Below, in pieces: positions 1 to 8,646 of a stretch of DNA of 64,000 nt. This DNA comes from a virus (lineage: Duplodnaviria; Caudoviricetes), in the IMG/VR virus record IMGVR_UViG_2895532408_000002, positions 11,952 through 75,951 of that record. The stretch is one strand, 5' to 3'. The position numbers were made by a program, and so were the translations under genes. Under the pieces are notes generated by a model that worked only from the letters and a program-made list of their open reading frames with translations, was not told where the DNA came from and made no database searches. The stretch's first letter is position 1, and each line of letters opens with the position of its first letter.

Positions 1-2242
1 TCCATTGCTCTGCAACAGGGAAGGTATCTCGATAGTTGTCGGTACCCGCCCACATTTCATCCGACGTCCAACCTAGCTTATCCTGTACCGTCATTAGAGA
101 GCCCGAGTACCAGTAACCGAAGTTAGAAGGTTTACCGGCTGAACCACGCCACCACTTAGCAACTTCATAAGGTTCAAGCGCGGCGTTTTTAACTGGGTCT
201 ATAAGAACTCTGGAATACTGTAGTTTGAACGCTTCTAATTCTGGGCCCTCGAGGTTCTTCACGCTGGCCAACATTCCCGAAGTAAAATCAGGGTAGAAAA
301 CTTTGATTGCTGAGGTTGCCGCGCCTAAATGCAAATCATCGTAAGGTATCTGGCCATAAGCCTTCTGGAAGTTAGGGTCTTTACTTAGCTCCCCAATCAA
401 CACAAGTTCTACCTGAGACCAATCCACAGCAACCAATAAATGGTCGTCTCTGTGTGGTAAGAAGAACCCACGAATATAGGTAGACTCACCACGTTTGCTT
501 AGCTGCATCGGGTTAGGGTTCTCAGCGGCCATCCGGCGTGTGTTAAGCCGCGAACTAATAATCGGGTACATGCGGTCTGTATCAGGGTCCGTAAGTAACA
601 GGTAGTTGGTGATATACAACTTCATTCGCTGTTCTATCTGGGCCAGCTTGTTAATTGCTGTTATTACTCGCTTGGCTGTCTCTGTCGGGTACTGTTCACA
701 ACACTGTTCAGCAAGGACTTGTAACGTTTCGTCCGGTAGCTCGGTTAACTGGCCATAGCGTTTCCATTCCTTAATCCAAAACGCAGGGTCCGCGCCTAAA
801 CGTTCAGCATATTCAATCAGCTTACCGCGTGCCTCCGCGTCCGTTTTAATATCCCCTTTGATATAAACGAACGGCAGATACAGTAAGTCGTGGAATAACG
901 TGCGCTGCACCATGTAATGTGAGAAGTTGCCGCGTAAGTCGAGTTCCTTCTTCTTGAGCTTGAACTTTTCTTCGGCCATCCAGGGGATCGATACCGGCCC
1001 CGCGGTTAGTGTGGCGAAATCGAAGTCCTCAACGGCCATATCTTGGTCGTATGCTTGTATAAAGTCCGCATAACCCTCTTTTAGAAACAATATCTTGTCA
1101 CGATAGCGCTGGTACGAAATACCTTCCTTACCGACATACCATTTAGGCTGTTTCTGATAGAGACGCGGGGCAGGGGCCTCGGGGAACTCTAAGGTTTGAA
1201 GTAGTTCGCCTAATTCCTTAATCACTTCTATGTAGTTGGCGCGTTCCGTTTCACGGCGGGAGAGAACCGCATCTTTATTAACACGCCAGCCTTTTACCCA
1301 GCAATCCGAGTAGACGTAGCACATTGGGTTTTCTTGCTCGAAGAAGGTACGTAAAACTGCAGGGTTCGTGTTCTGCATGAACTGGCAAAGCCAATCATAA
1401 ATACGTACACACCAGTAAGCATCGTCCGCCCCATAGTGAAGGACTTCTTCGCCGGTAAGTAAACCCATATGGGCTTTACCTTGAAGCGCATCTTTAAATG
1501 ACGTCTGCTTGTAGCCAAAGATACGCTCTGTGATCTGCTTTAGGTTGTACCCGTAGTTAATCGACTTCACATACCCATTGTAGCTATGGTCGGCCTTCGA
1601 CTCTTTGGCCAATACCTTTTGCATAAGTTCTTGTTGGGCGGTATCGAGCTTTCTAAAGTCTTGAACCCCCGCGAAGGTACGGCGTATCTGAGGGATAAGC
1701 TTCTTAATACCTAGTAGGTCCGCTTGTCTAAATGTATTAATATCATATTGGTCTGAATTGTACGCAGATACCGCCATTTGAAGCGTGTCTACGTAGTTCC
1801 AACCTAAATCGATACCTAAACTTTTAAAACACATCGTCCGCTCAAAAGGATAGTTATGAATTATCTTCAGCGGATGGTCTGCCATATACTGAACAAAACT
1901 ACGTATAACATCCGGCGCTATGCGGTTATCTGCATCAGCGTGGGCGGCGTTTGCATAGTAAACAGTAGTATCCCCTCGGATATACAGAGAAAAGCCCGTC
2001 ACCGTTGTTCTATTGATATCAAAGACCAGCTTCTTAGGGTTGCGGTAGTCCTCATCATCTTTGTTTAACTTCATGAATTGGTTCAGGCCTTCGTGCCTGT
2101 CAGCGTCATGGGTTTCGATATCGAAACCCACAGGCTGTCCCATCTGGTTAATTTTAGCTTTGATTTCTTCGAGAACGTGGACGTTACGAGCATCAACCAA
2201 TTGCTCGACCAGTCCAGTTCTCTCGTTAATTTGCGAGTACAT
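1..2242 (-). CDS. Family A DNA polymerase with N-terminal 3'-5' exonuclease (3' end runs off window)
   Basis: Hand translation from ATG 2242 (TAATG overlap with upstream stop): Exo I GFDIETHD, Exo II HNYPFE, motif A VDWSQVELVL, motif B RGSAGKPSNFGYWY. Absent from the ORF track because it lacks a stop. Confidence 0.92.
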   Translation of the reverse strand, partial: MYSQINERTGLVEQLVDARNVHVLEEIKAKINQMGQPVGFDIETHDADRHEGLNQFMKLNKDDEDYRNPKKLVFDINRTTVTGFSLYIRGDTTVYYANAAHADADNRIAPDVIRSFVQYMADHPLKIIHNYPFERTMCFKSLGIDLGWNYVDTLQMAVSAYNSDQYDINTFRQADLLGIKKLIPQIRRTFAGVQDFRKLDTAQQELMQKVLAKESKADHSYNGYVKSINYGYNLKQITERIFGYKQTSFKDALQGKAHMGLLTGEEVLHYGADDAYWCVRIYDWLCQFMQNTNPAVLRTFFEQENPMCYVYSDCWVKGWRVNKDAVLSRRETERANYIEVIKELGELLQTLEFPEAPAPRLYQKQPKWYVGKEGISYQRYRDKILFLKEGYADFIQAYDQDMAVEDFDFATLTAGPVSIPWMAEEKFKLKKKELDLRGNFSHYMVQRTLFHDLLYLPFVYIKGDIKTDAEARGKLIEYAERLGADPAFWIKEWKRYGQLTELPDETLQVLAEQCCEQYPTETAKRVITAINKLAQIEQRMKLYITNYLLLTDPDTDRMYPIISSRLNTRRMAAENPNPMQLSKRGESTYIRGFFLPHRDDHLLVAVDWSQVELVLIGELSKDPNFQKAYGQIPYDDLHLGAATSAIKVFYPDFTSGMLASVKNLEGPELEAFKLQYSRVLIDPVKNAALEPYEVAKWWRGSAGKPSNFGYWYSGSLMTVQDKLGWTSDEMWAGTDNYRDTFPVAEQW

Positions 2243-2682
2243 TACTTTGACTCGGGCTTCTTGTCATAAATATACCCGCCCTCCGAAAAGGACCCGCACA
2301 TTTTTGTAACAGTAGGGGGTATCTTCTCGTTCTGTGGGCCTTCGGGTTTATTTCTAACTACTACTTCAGGTGCGCTTTCTTCTGGCTTTTCAGAAGGGAT
2401 GGCTGGCTCATCAAAGAGCCTACCTAACTCGCCCATAACACGCTGTACGCCCCCCTCGTTATGTTTTGCTGCGAGGTAAGCGTCTTTGAGCGCAATAACT
2501 TGTTTAGGGTTAAGGTAGCCCAGCTTATACAACGCTTGATTAATACCCTCGTCTTGTAAGAAAACAATTTGCTTCGTTATATGATTGAATAACGATTCCT
2601 GTCTTGGGAACGCTACGGACTGTTCAATCACTTCATTATTGAACGCGGTCGTTACATTTATGTCTGGTTTATACTCTGGCAT
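2242..2682 (-). CDS. Hypothetical protein
   Basis: ORF track; ATG follows motif GGAGATTGACGATG. Confidence 0.75.
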   Translation of the reverse strand: MPEYKPDINVTTAFNNEVIEQSVAFPRQESLFNHITKQIVFLQDEGINQALYKLGYLNPKQVIALKDAYLAAKHNEGGVQRVMGELGRLFDEPAIPSEKPEESAPEVVVRNKPEGPQNEKIPPTVTKMCGSFSEGGYIYDKKPESK

Positions 2683-2693
2683 CGTCAATCTCC

Positions 2694-3584
2694 TTACACT
2701 TCATCAGCATCAAGGTTAAACGCCGCTTTAAGGTCCAGCGCTAACGATAGAAGTGCACTGGCCCCGAGATAAATTTCTGAATCAAGACGCGCTTCCTGTT
2801 GGTCCTTAGGAATATCGTCGCTTTCTTCAATCAAGCGGTCTGAGTACTTGATACGCTTAACAGAACCATCTTCACAAAGCATAGCGGTCAATTGGTCGTC
2901 ATAACTGACAGCAAGTTTCTGAACGAGCTTGCCTGAGTCTAGGCACAGTTGAATTTCTTCAGATGCAAGCTCTTGGTTCTTGGCTCGGATAACAGCCTTT
3001 GTATCATCCGTGGCTTGAAGCTCAGTCTCTTCGAGCAATTCGAACTTGTCAGGGTGGCCATTAACAAGCCAGCTTGTTAAGTCTGAAGCAAGAGAGCGTC
3101 TTGCGAATGGAACTACCGGTAAACTACCCAGCGCTTTACGAAGTACCGCAAGGAAGATTTCGGCCTCCCCATCTGAAGAGGCCTTCACGAACACAAGTTT
3201 ATGCTCTGGGATGATGGTGCCAATGGTTGAGGTTTGATCCGTGAAAGCACGCGGAGTTAGCTGGGCTACGATTTGCTCTTTCAAATCTGAGCGTTGCTTC
3301 TTGCCAACCGGTGAACCAGTTTCCGCTTCAATCAGCTTAACTTTTTCTTCTAACTCACGGTTGATAACACGGGCCGGTAGTATCTTGCTCTCTTTTAAAA
3401 GCTTAACCGTGTAAATACCTTGAACTTCGTGAGCCAGTAGCGAGCCAATAATAGGCGCAAAACCTAAAGAGGCCAGGGTATGTGAACCACAGGGGTGAAA
3501 GGGGATTGCCTCTAGCGCTGGGCCTAGGTTAGACAAGTCTACATTTTGAGTGAGTGAATAAATCTTTGCGTTTTTAAAATACAT
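2694..3584 (-). CDS. rdgC: Recombination-associated protein RdgC
   Basis: MYFKNAKIYSL start, KILPARVI, LTPRAFT, LRKALGSLPVVP, KLVQKLA; ~296 aa. Confidence 0.93.
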   Translation of the reverse strand: MYFKNAKIYSLTQNVDLSNLGPALEAIPFHPCGSHTLASLGFAPIIGSLLAHEVQGIYTVKLLKESKILPARVINRELEEKVKLIEAETGSPVGKKQRSDLKEQIVAQLTPRAFTDQTSTIGTIIPEHKLVFVKASSDGEAEIFLAVLRKALGSLPVVPFARRSLASDLTSWLVNGHPDKFELLEETELQATDDTKAVIRAKNQELASEEIQLCLDSGKLVQKLAVSYDDQLTAMLCEDGSVKRIKYSDRLIEESDDIPKDQQEARLDSEIYLGASALLSLALDLKAAFNLDADEV

Positions 3585-3593
3585 CGTCAATTT

Positions 3594-3796
3594 CCTGTTT
3601 TTAGTTAAGCTGGTAGTTGTTGTTTCATTTCTTCAACATCGGTCATAGCATCCCCACAACAATCTCTAAGGCATGGCTTCCAATGTCGTTCTGCGAATTC
3701 TTGAACAATCTCTAAGGCTTTCGCAACTTCCTCAAGAGACTCTTTAGTTTCCGTTGGCATCACCTATACCCTGTTTTTAGTTAAGCTGGTAGTTGT
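3594..3796. repeat. 27-bp direct repeat CCTGTTTTTAGTTAAGCTGGTAGTTGT (3594-3620 and 3770-3796)
   Basis: Exact match read from sequence. Confidence 0.9.
3605..3760 (-). CDS. 51-aa protein MPTETKESLEEVAKALEIVQEFAERHWKPCLRDCCGDAMTDVEEMKQQLPA
   Basis: Hand-translated; AGGTG just upstream; fills gap in operon. Confidence 0.7.
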   Translation of the reverse strand: MPTETKESLEEVAKALEIVQEFAERHWKPCLRDCCGDAMTDVEEMKQQLPA

Positions 3797-3990
3797 GGGC
3801 TGTACGTTGATACCTCACCTTCATACAGTCGCGCTATTTCGTTCCAGTTTTGTGTACCGTGTGAGCCCCTGGCCGGAAGCATCAAAATACGGTCTTCACA
3901 AACGTGACAGAAGCAAGCCCAGTTACTCGCGCCGCCAGCCCCACAATCAGGGCAGACGACACGGATCATCTTAAGTTCTGATATGTTCAT
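3781..3990 (-). CDS. Small Cys-rich (CPDC/CHVC) zinc-ribbon protein
   Basis: Likely start MNISELK inside the track ORF. Confidence 0.65.
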   Translation of the reverse strand: MNISELKMIRVVCPDCGAGGASNWACFCHVCEDRILMLPARGSHGTQNWNEIARLYEGEVSTYSPQLPA

Positions 3991-4156
3991 TCTTAAACCC
4001 CATGCGATAGAACTTATCTTTAATCGCAACAAGTGTTCGATTTGGGAACTCCGATTTAAGTTCCTCGAACGTTGTTTTATTCCTAGCCATTTTAAACAGC
4101 TTGGTTTCTTCTTCAGTGGACCAAGCAATCTTTTTCGTTTTTCTATTTCTCAGCAT
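3971..4156 (-). CDS. Small Myb/SANT-like HTH protein
   Basis: WSTEEETKL...FPNRTLVAIKDKF pattern. Confidence 0.6.
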   Translation of the reverse strand: MLRNRKTKKIAWSTEEETKLFKMARNKTTFEELKSEFPNRTLVAIKDKFYRMGFKNEHIRT

Positions 4157-4158
4157 CC

Positions 4159-4317
4159 TTAAAAACCTCTTGAAGGATCATACACGCCTCTAGGCTCTCT
4201 GCTCGGGAGGTCCTTTAAACGCTTCCCTGCGGTACCATCACGCTTCGTAAAACTTGTAACTGGTATGCGGTTCTCTTTGTTCTGAGACTCTTTAAAACGG
4301 TCGTATTCTTTACCCAT
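4159..4317 (-). CDS. 52-aa hypothetical protein (MGKEYDRFKESQNK...)
   Basis: Hand-translated; abuts both neighbours. Confidence 0.55.
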   Translation of the reverse strand: MGKEYDRFKESQNKENRIPVTSFTKRDGTAGKRLKDLPSREPRGVYDPSRGF

Positions 4318-4321
4318 AACC

Positions 4322-4528
4322 CTATAACCTCATCCAAGTTTGATAATCTGCTTCAGTAAGGTGTTCCTCTCGCTCTACTTCTCGCTTCTCATGTTCAGCT
4401 AAAGCGCTCTTATGTTCTGAACAAGCGAACTTGCCGGCAAAGCCGTTCTCGCGGTAAACCGCTCTTTCAGTTTTAGGCTCACAGAAAGAACACCACGGGC
4501 CACGCTGATTAGCTTTTAGTTTTTTCAT
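4322..4528 (-). CDS. Small Cys/His protein (CSFC...CSEH)
   Basis: Start MKKLKAN after GGAGCAAGACG. Confidence 0.65.
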   Translation of the reverse strand: MKKLKANQRGPWCSFCEPKTERAVYRENGFAGKFACSEHKSALAEHEKREVEREEHLTEADYQTWMRL

Positions 4529-5063
4529 CGTCTTGCTCCTTGCGTAGTTGTTCAAGGCTTGTTGTTTCAACTCTATGCTCGTGACTTTTAAGCATGTACA
4601 GCGGGATATAGCAACTACCGCTCGTGTCGGGATAAAAAGACCCTTCCTCTACTTTTGCGTATTTAATTTGATCTCCGTTCGTGAAGCCAACATGCACAAG
4701 TTCGTTGTTTCTGGCGTCTCGCTCCAACCCCTCAACTTTAGTCACTAACTCCTTATGCGATTCAATTAAGGCCTCCGTAATACTTTTCCCTAGCTCAACC
4801 TCTACGTTCTCCCGACAGTAATCCCAGATAGGGGTTAGAACCTCCCCATACTCTTTGTTTACTCGGGAGAGGTTTTCCAAACGCTTATTCGCATCCTTTA
4901 AAACCTTTTGACCATCCTCAAAGGCTTCGAAAAGGTCCTTATATTCCCTGTCTTTTTCGTGTAGCTTCGCACTCATTTCATTCAGAAATTCTACAACCCT
5001 AGTCATTGGCAATTTAAAATCTTTGCGATAAATAAACCCGTTATAAAATTTGTATTCGCTCAC
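4509..5063 (-). CDS. Hypothetical coiled-coil protein
   Basis: ORF track; operon packing. Confidence 0.7.
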   Translation of the reverse strand: MSEYKFYNGFIYRKDFKLPMTRVVEFLNEMSAKLHEKDREYKDLFEAFEDGQKVLKDANKRLENLSRVNKEYGEVLTPIWDYCRENVEVELGKSITEALIESHKELVTKVEGLERDARNNELVHVGFTNGDQIKYAKVEEGSFYPDTSGSCYIPLYMLKSHEHRVETTSLEQLRKEQDDEKTKS

Positions 5064-5578
5064 GCCACTTTCTCCTTTTCAAGCTGGTCGTTCTCCCACT
5101 TTGATAGGTAATCGAACGCGCCAAGGTTTTCGTAGATTTTTCCAAGAGTATCGAGGTCGAGGTTTTCGGTTTCGTCAATAACGGGAATAGCGACCCAGGC
5201 CATTGTGATAATATGGAGTGGGTTTTGTTTTTCTTTGAAGGCCACATGAACATCGTTCAGGTACTTATTTAAACGCTCATCCGATTGGCGGTAACGCGAT
5301 TGGAAATAATGAGGTTCACTTACGACGTATTCTTTGCCGTTCTGATCACGACAAACCACCGAACACTCGTAATACCAATTGAAACAACCCTTCTCAACAC
5401 TCTCGGCCACCTCAACCGATACGTTAAGTTCCTCGCCTGTCTTATAGTCAATAAGCGTGCAATATTTTGTTTCACCTAAAACCATAGCGATAGCAAAGTT
5501 CTTCACCCTGTCGCGAACAACGAGGTCCAGATACTTTCGAGGGTTGTATTTCTTATTGCGTTTGGCTTTCTTTTTCAT
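5060..5578 (-). CDS. Hypothetical protein
   Basis: ORF track; variant motif GGAAATTGACTGATG at start. Confidence 0.75.
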   Translation of the reverse strand: MKKKAKRNKKYNPRKYLDLVVRDRVKNFAIAMVLGETKYCTLIDYKTGEELNVSVEVAESVEKGCFNWYYECSVVCRDQNGKEYVVSEPHYFQSRYRQSDERLNKYLNDVHVAFKEKQNPLHIITMAWVAIPVIDETENLDLDTLGKIYENLGAFDYLSKWENDQLEKEKVA

Positions 5579-6182
5579 CAGTCAATTTCCGGTTGTCTAT
5601 CTTCTTGCTTCTGCGCTTTGAGGGTTTATCCCAGTTAAGGCGCCCAACGTTTGAGTCCACTAAGAGAATCCCTGTGGGGTCCCAGCAGAACCACGCATAC
5701 TCGCAGCTATCCCCACCTCCACCACTAAAGTCTGGGCGTGGTACCGCGACAATAATTTTATCCGGCGGGTTATCCGCCCAGAACTGTTCTCGTTTCTTCG
5801 TACCTAAAGCGTTAATCCGCATTAAGAAGCATACGAACCCATGGTCTGCCACTTCGCTTCGTGCTTTGGTGACGAACGCTTCGAAGAGTGAGAAAGGGGG
5901 GTTAGTTACGATAATATCGAAGTGTATTGCGCCGAACTCCGCTTCTAGGTAGTTCAAGCCTTCTTGAATTTCGCAGTAATACTTTTCGAAATCCGAAGGT
6001 ACCAAGTCGTAGATATTTCTTTTCAGGCCGCGGCACGGCTCTAGGAACCGAGCTGGCCTGTTATCATAAGACGCGAAGTGTCTTAGCGCATCCCAGTCGA
6101 TATGCTTGAATAAAGCCTCAACAAGCTCTCTTGGGGTAGGGTAGTCTTCGAACTCCGCGACCTTTTTATTTGTGCTACTCAT
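5553..6182 (-). CDS. DNA amino-methyltransferase (N6-adenine type)
   Basis: YPTP, FLEPCRG (motif I-like), catalytic NPPF. Confidence 0.85.
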   Translation of the reverse strand: MSSTNKKVAEFEDYPTPRELVEALFKHIDWDALRHFASYDNRPARFLEPCRGLKRNIYDLVPSDFEKYYCEIQEGLNYLEAEFGAIHFDIIVTNPPFSLFEAFVTKARSEVADHGFVCFLMRINALGTKKREQFWADNPPDKIIVAVPRPDFSGGGGDSCEYAWFCWDPTGILLVDSNVGRLNWDKPSKRRSKKIDNRKLTDEKESQTQ

Positions 6183-6213
6183 AATCGTTCTCGAGGGGCC
6201 GAAGCCCCAACCA

Positions 6214-7017
6214 CTATAAGTTGATAGGAATTGCTAAAGAGTCAAAAACCGCTTTAGCTGCCACCGTGTCTTGCTTACCGATAATGGTGCCAGCGTGAAT
6301 TTCGCTTTGAGGTACGTGGAAGAAACCGATGATCTTCCAGAACTTCTTCAGCTCATCACGGCTCTCAACAAATCGAGCAGCCATAGCTTTTGTGAATCCC
6401 GCTTCAGCTTCAACTTGCTCCGCTGTAATAGGCTCATCACTTTGCAGAGCATCTTCTAAGAAGCACTTCGCGGAGTCATTTAGTTTCTGGTACGTTCCAT
6501 GGCCGAAACGTGCGAGACCCGTAATCGCATCCGATTTATCGCCAACCAGCGTTTTGTAGAGGCGCATATCATCAGGCTTGAATTCTTTAAGCTTCTCGCT
6601 CACGTAATCCATAGTTACCGTGTCGCTAAGCAGTTGGCGAAAATCTTGGTCGTTACTGTCGATAAAGATTTCAGTTTCAGGTGATTTGGTATTTACCAAT
6701 TCAGCAATAACATCATCGGCTTCTCGGCCTTCGCATCGAATCTGGATACAGCCTGAGTGTGTAAGCACTTCACGGAACTTATCCATGAAGAGATAGAATT
6801 CGTCGGTAGAGTCTGAACCGGCTTTATAGGCTGGGTGAATTTCTTGGCGAGGCTTTTTAGCGTTAGCGCCATCCCAAACCCAGATGAGTGAGCCGTTAGG
6901 AGAATTATTTGCACAGGCCTGAACATAGGCAAGAATAGCCCAGTTAGGACCCTCACTTTCAAACTTGCGGCGAAGAAGATTGTTACCATCACAAACGTGT
7001 AGTTTTAGCTTTGTCAT
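6214..7017 (-). CDS. 5'-3' exonuclease / flap endonuclease
   Basis: DGNN, YKAG, EADD, SNDQDF, LVGDKSDAITG motifs. Confidence 0.9.
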   Translation of the reverse strand: MTKLKLHVCDGNNLLRRKFESEGPNWAILAYVQACANNSPNGSLIWVWDGANAKKPRQEIHPAYKAGSDSTDEFYLFMDKFREVLTHSGCIQIRCEGREADDVIAELVNTKSPETEIFIDSNDQDFRQLLSDTVTMDYVSEKLKEFKPDDMRLYKTLVGDKSDAITGLARFGHGTYQKLNDSAKCFLEDALQSDEPITAEQVEAEAGFTKAMAARFVESRDELKKFWKIIGFFHVPQSEIHAGTIIGKQDTVAAKAVFDSLAIPINL

Positions 7018-7079
7018 ATCGTCAATTTCCGAGAGTAAAAGGGCCGGACAAGCCGACCCTTATTAAGTTAATTAAAAGG

Positions 7080-8153
7080 TTATTGTGCTGCGATTTGGCC
7101 TTGTGAAGGACCAATCAGTTTGAATTCCAACGTACCCCACTTATACGTGATACCTTTTGGTGCCACTGGTTGGTTAGACACTTCAACAATCACTTTCTGA
7201 CCTAGTAACCCAGCTTGCTTACACGCATTGTGGAAGTTCTGCCAGTTCTGCCAGCCAGTCTTGGCCGTAGTGTGACCAATCATGATCCCTGCCTGAGCGA
7301 TAACCGCGCCTTGCTGGTTAGCAATGTCGTTAAGTAAACGCATTGGTAACTGAACGCTTGGGAACGGTACGTTTGGCTTTTTAGGGTCCGTAGTGGGGGC
7401 GCGGTAAGCTGTTATTACAGCATTCGCCCAAGGTTGACCATCTGAACCTGTCAAACCGTCGTAGGTGTGAACATAGTTGGTTTGGTCTCCTGTTGGGGTT
7501 GGCACCGTCCAGCGAACCATTTGGCAAAGCATATACCCAACGTTCTCAGTCATATCAATTTCAACCTGGAACGGGTTAAGAAGTGTTGCAGGAGCGCTAC
7601 CTAAAACCATACCGTGGTAGCTTGGCTTCAACCAGTCTTGAACCAATAGGTCAGAGTTAGACATGGTATCCATCGACATTTCGCGCTGACCGATAAACTT
7701 AGCCAACTCTGGCGGTAAGTTAAGGGGTAGGTCCATGCCAGTGTTCCCAACAGGGTTCACAGCCGTAGGTATTTGCTGAGCAGGGGCCGATTGTTGAACT
7801 TGCGCGGCTTGCTGAGCTTGTAACTGTTGTTGTAAGTGCTGTGGGATTGCACTGGTTTGCTGCGTATTAACCGGCGTGGTATTAGCTTGCTGGTTAACAA
7901 CTTGCGGGTTAGCTTGCTGTGTGGCTTGCTGTGTGGCTTGCTGTGGTGCGGCTTCCGCAGTCTGAGTATAAGTCTCAGTCTGGTTAACAACTTGAGGGTT
8001 AGCTTGTTGCTGCGTAGTGTCGGCTTGTACCGTGTTAGCTTGCTGGTAGTCTTGACCCACGGCTTGCTGGGTAACTTGGCTTTCTTGCTGCGCAGTAGCG
8101 GCTTGAGCTGCGTTATTTTGAGCAGCGGCGATCATTTGTTCAATATTATTCAT
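7080..8153 (-). CDS. Protein with Q-rich disordered N-terminus and folded C-terminus; possible SSB
   Basis: ~130-aa Q/A/T-rich tract; lies between exonuclease and helicase; function inferred from position only. Confidence 0.6.
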   Translation of the reverse strand: MNNIEQMIAAAQNNAAQAATAQQESQVTQQAVGQDYQQANTVQADTTQQQANPQVVNQTETYTQTAEAAPQQATQQATQQANPQVVNQQANTTPVNTQQTSAIPQHLQQQLQAQQAAQVQQSAPAQQIPTAVNPVGNTGMDLPLNLPPELAKFIGQREMSMDTMSNSDLLVQDWLKPSYHGMVLGSAPATLLNPFQVEIDMTENVGYMLCQMVRWTVPTPTGDQTNYVHTYDGLTGSDGQPWANAVITAYRAPTTDPKKPNVPFPSVQLPMRLLNDIANQQGAVIAQAGIMIGHTTAKTGWQNWQNFHNACKQAGLLGQKVIVEVSNQPVAPKGITYKWGTLEFKLIGPSQGQIAAQ

Positions 8154-8274
8154 CGTCAATTTCCTGATTATGGATTAATTACATTTTGATTGATTACTGT
8201 TTGTTCGGCTTTCGCCCTTCGCTTTTCTCCGAAGTTCAGCTATAACGCGGTTTTATGCGGTATAGATGATAACC

Positions 8275-8556
8275 TTAGCTTATTAATTGACCTTCGTCAA
8301 CTAATGTTGCAATTTCTTTTTCCGCGTCGTCTAAGAACTTTCTTATTGTCGCGATACTTTCCGTTGCTTCAGTTAGGAAAGTTTCTAGGTCTTTACCTTT
8401 AAGGTTCTGAAGTATTTGCTGCATCTTGAGTAGTGTGTACTCCATCTGATGCTCAGCTTGGTCCGAGGGATTTTTCAACGCCTTAGAATAAAAATCTAAT
8501 TGCGCCTTGATCAGGGCGGGGATAACTTTCAGTTCCGATGGCTCAAACTGTGGCAT
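8275..8556 (-). CDS. Hypothetical protein
   Basis: ORF track; GGAG upstream. Confidence 0.65.
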   Translation of the reverse strand: MPQFEPSELKVIPALIKAQLDFYSKALKNPSDQAEHQMEYTLLKMQQILQNLKGKDLETFLTEATESIATIRKFLDDAEKEIATLVDEGQLIS

Positions 8557-8646
8557 TTTTATTCTCCATAACTGTTTGATGGAACGCGTCGGTATACAGC
8601 GCGAGTTGTACCGCGAGTGCTACTTTTGTCTTTTGCATAATGGTCC

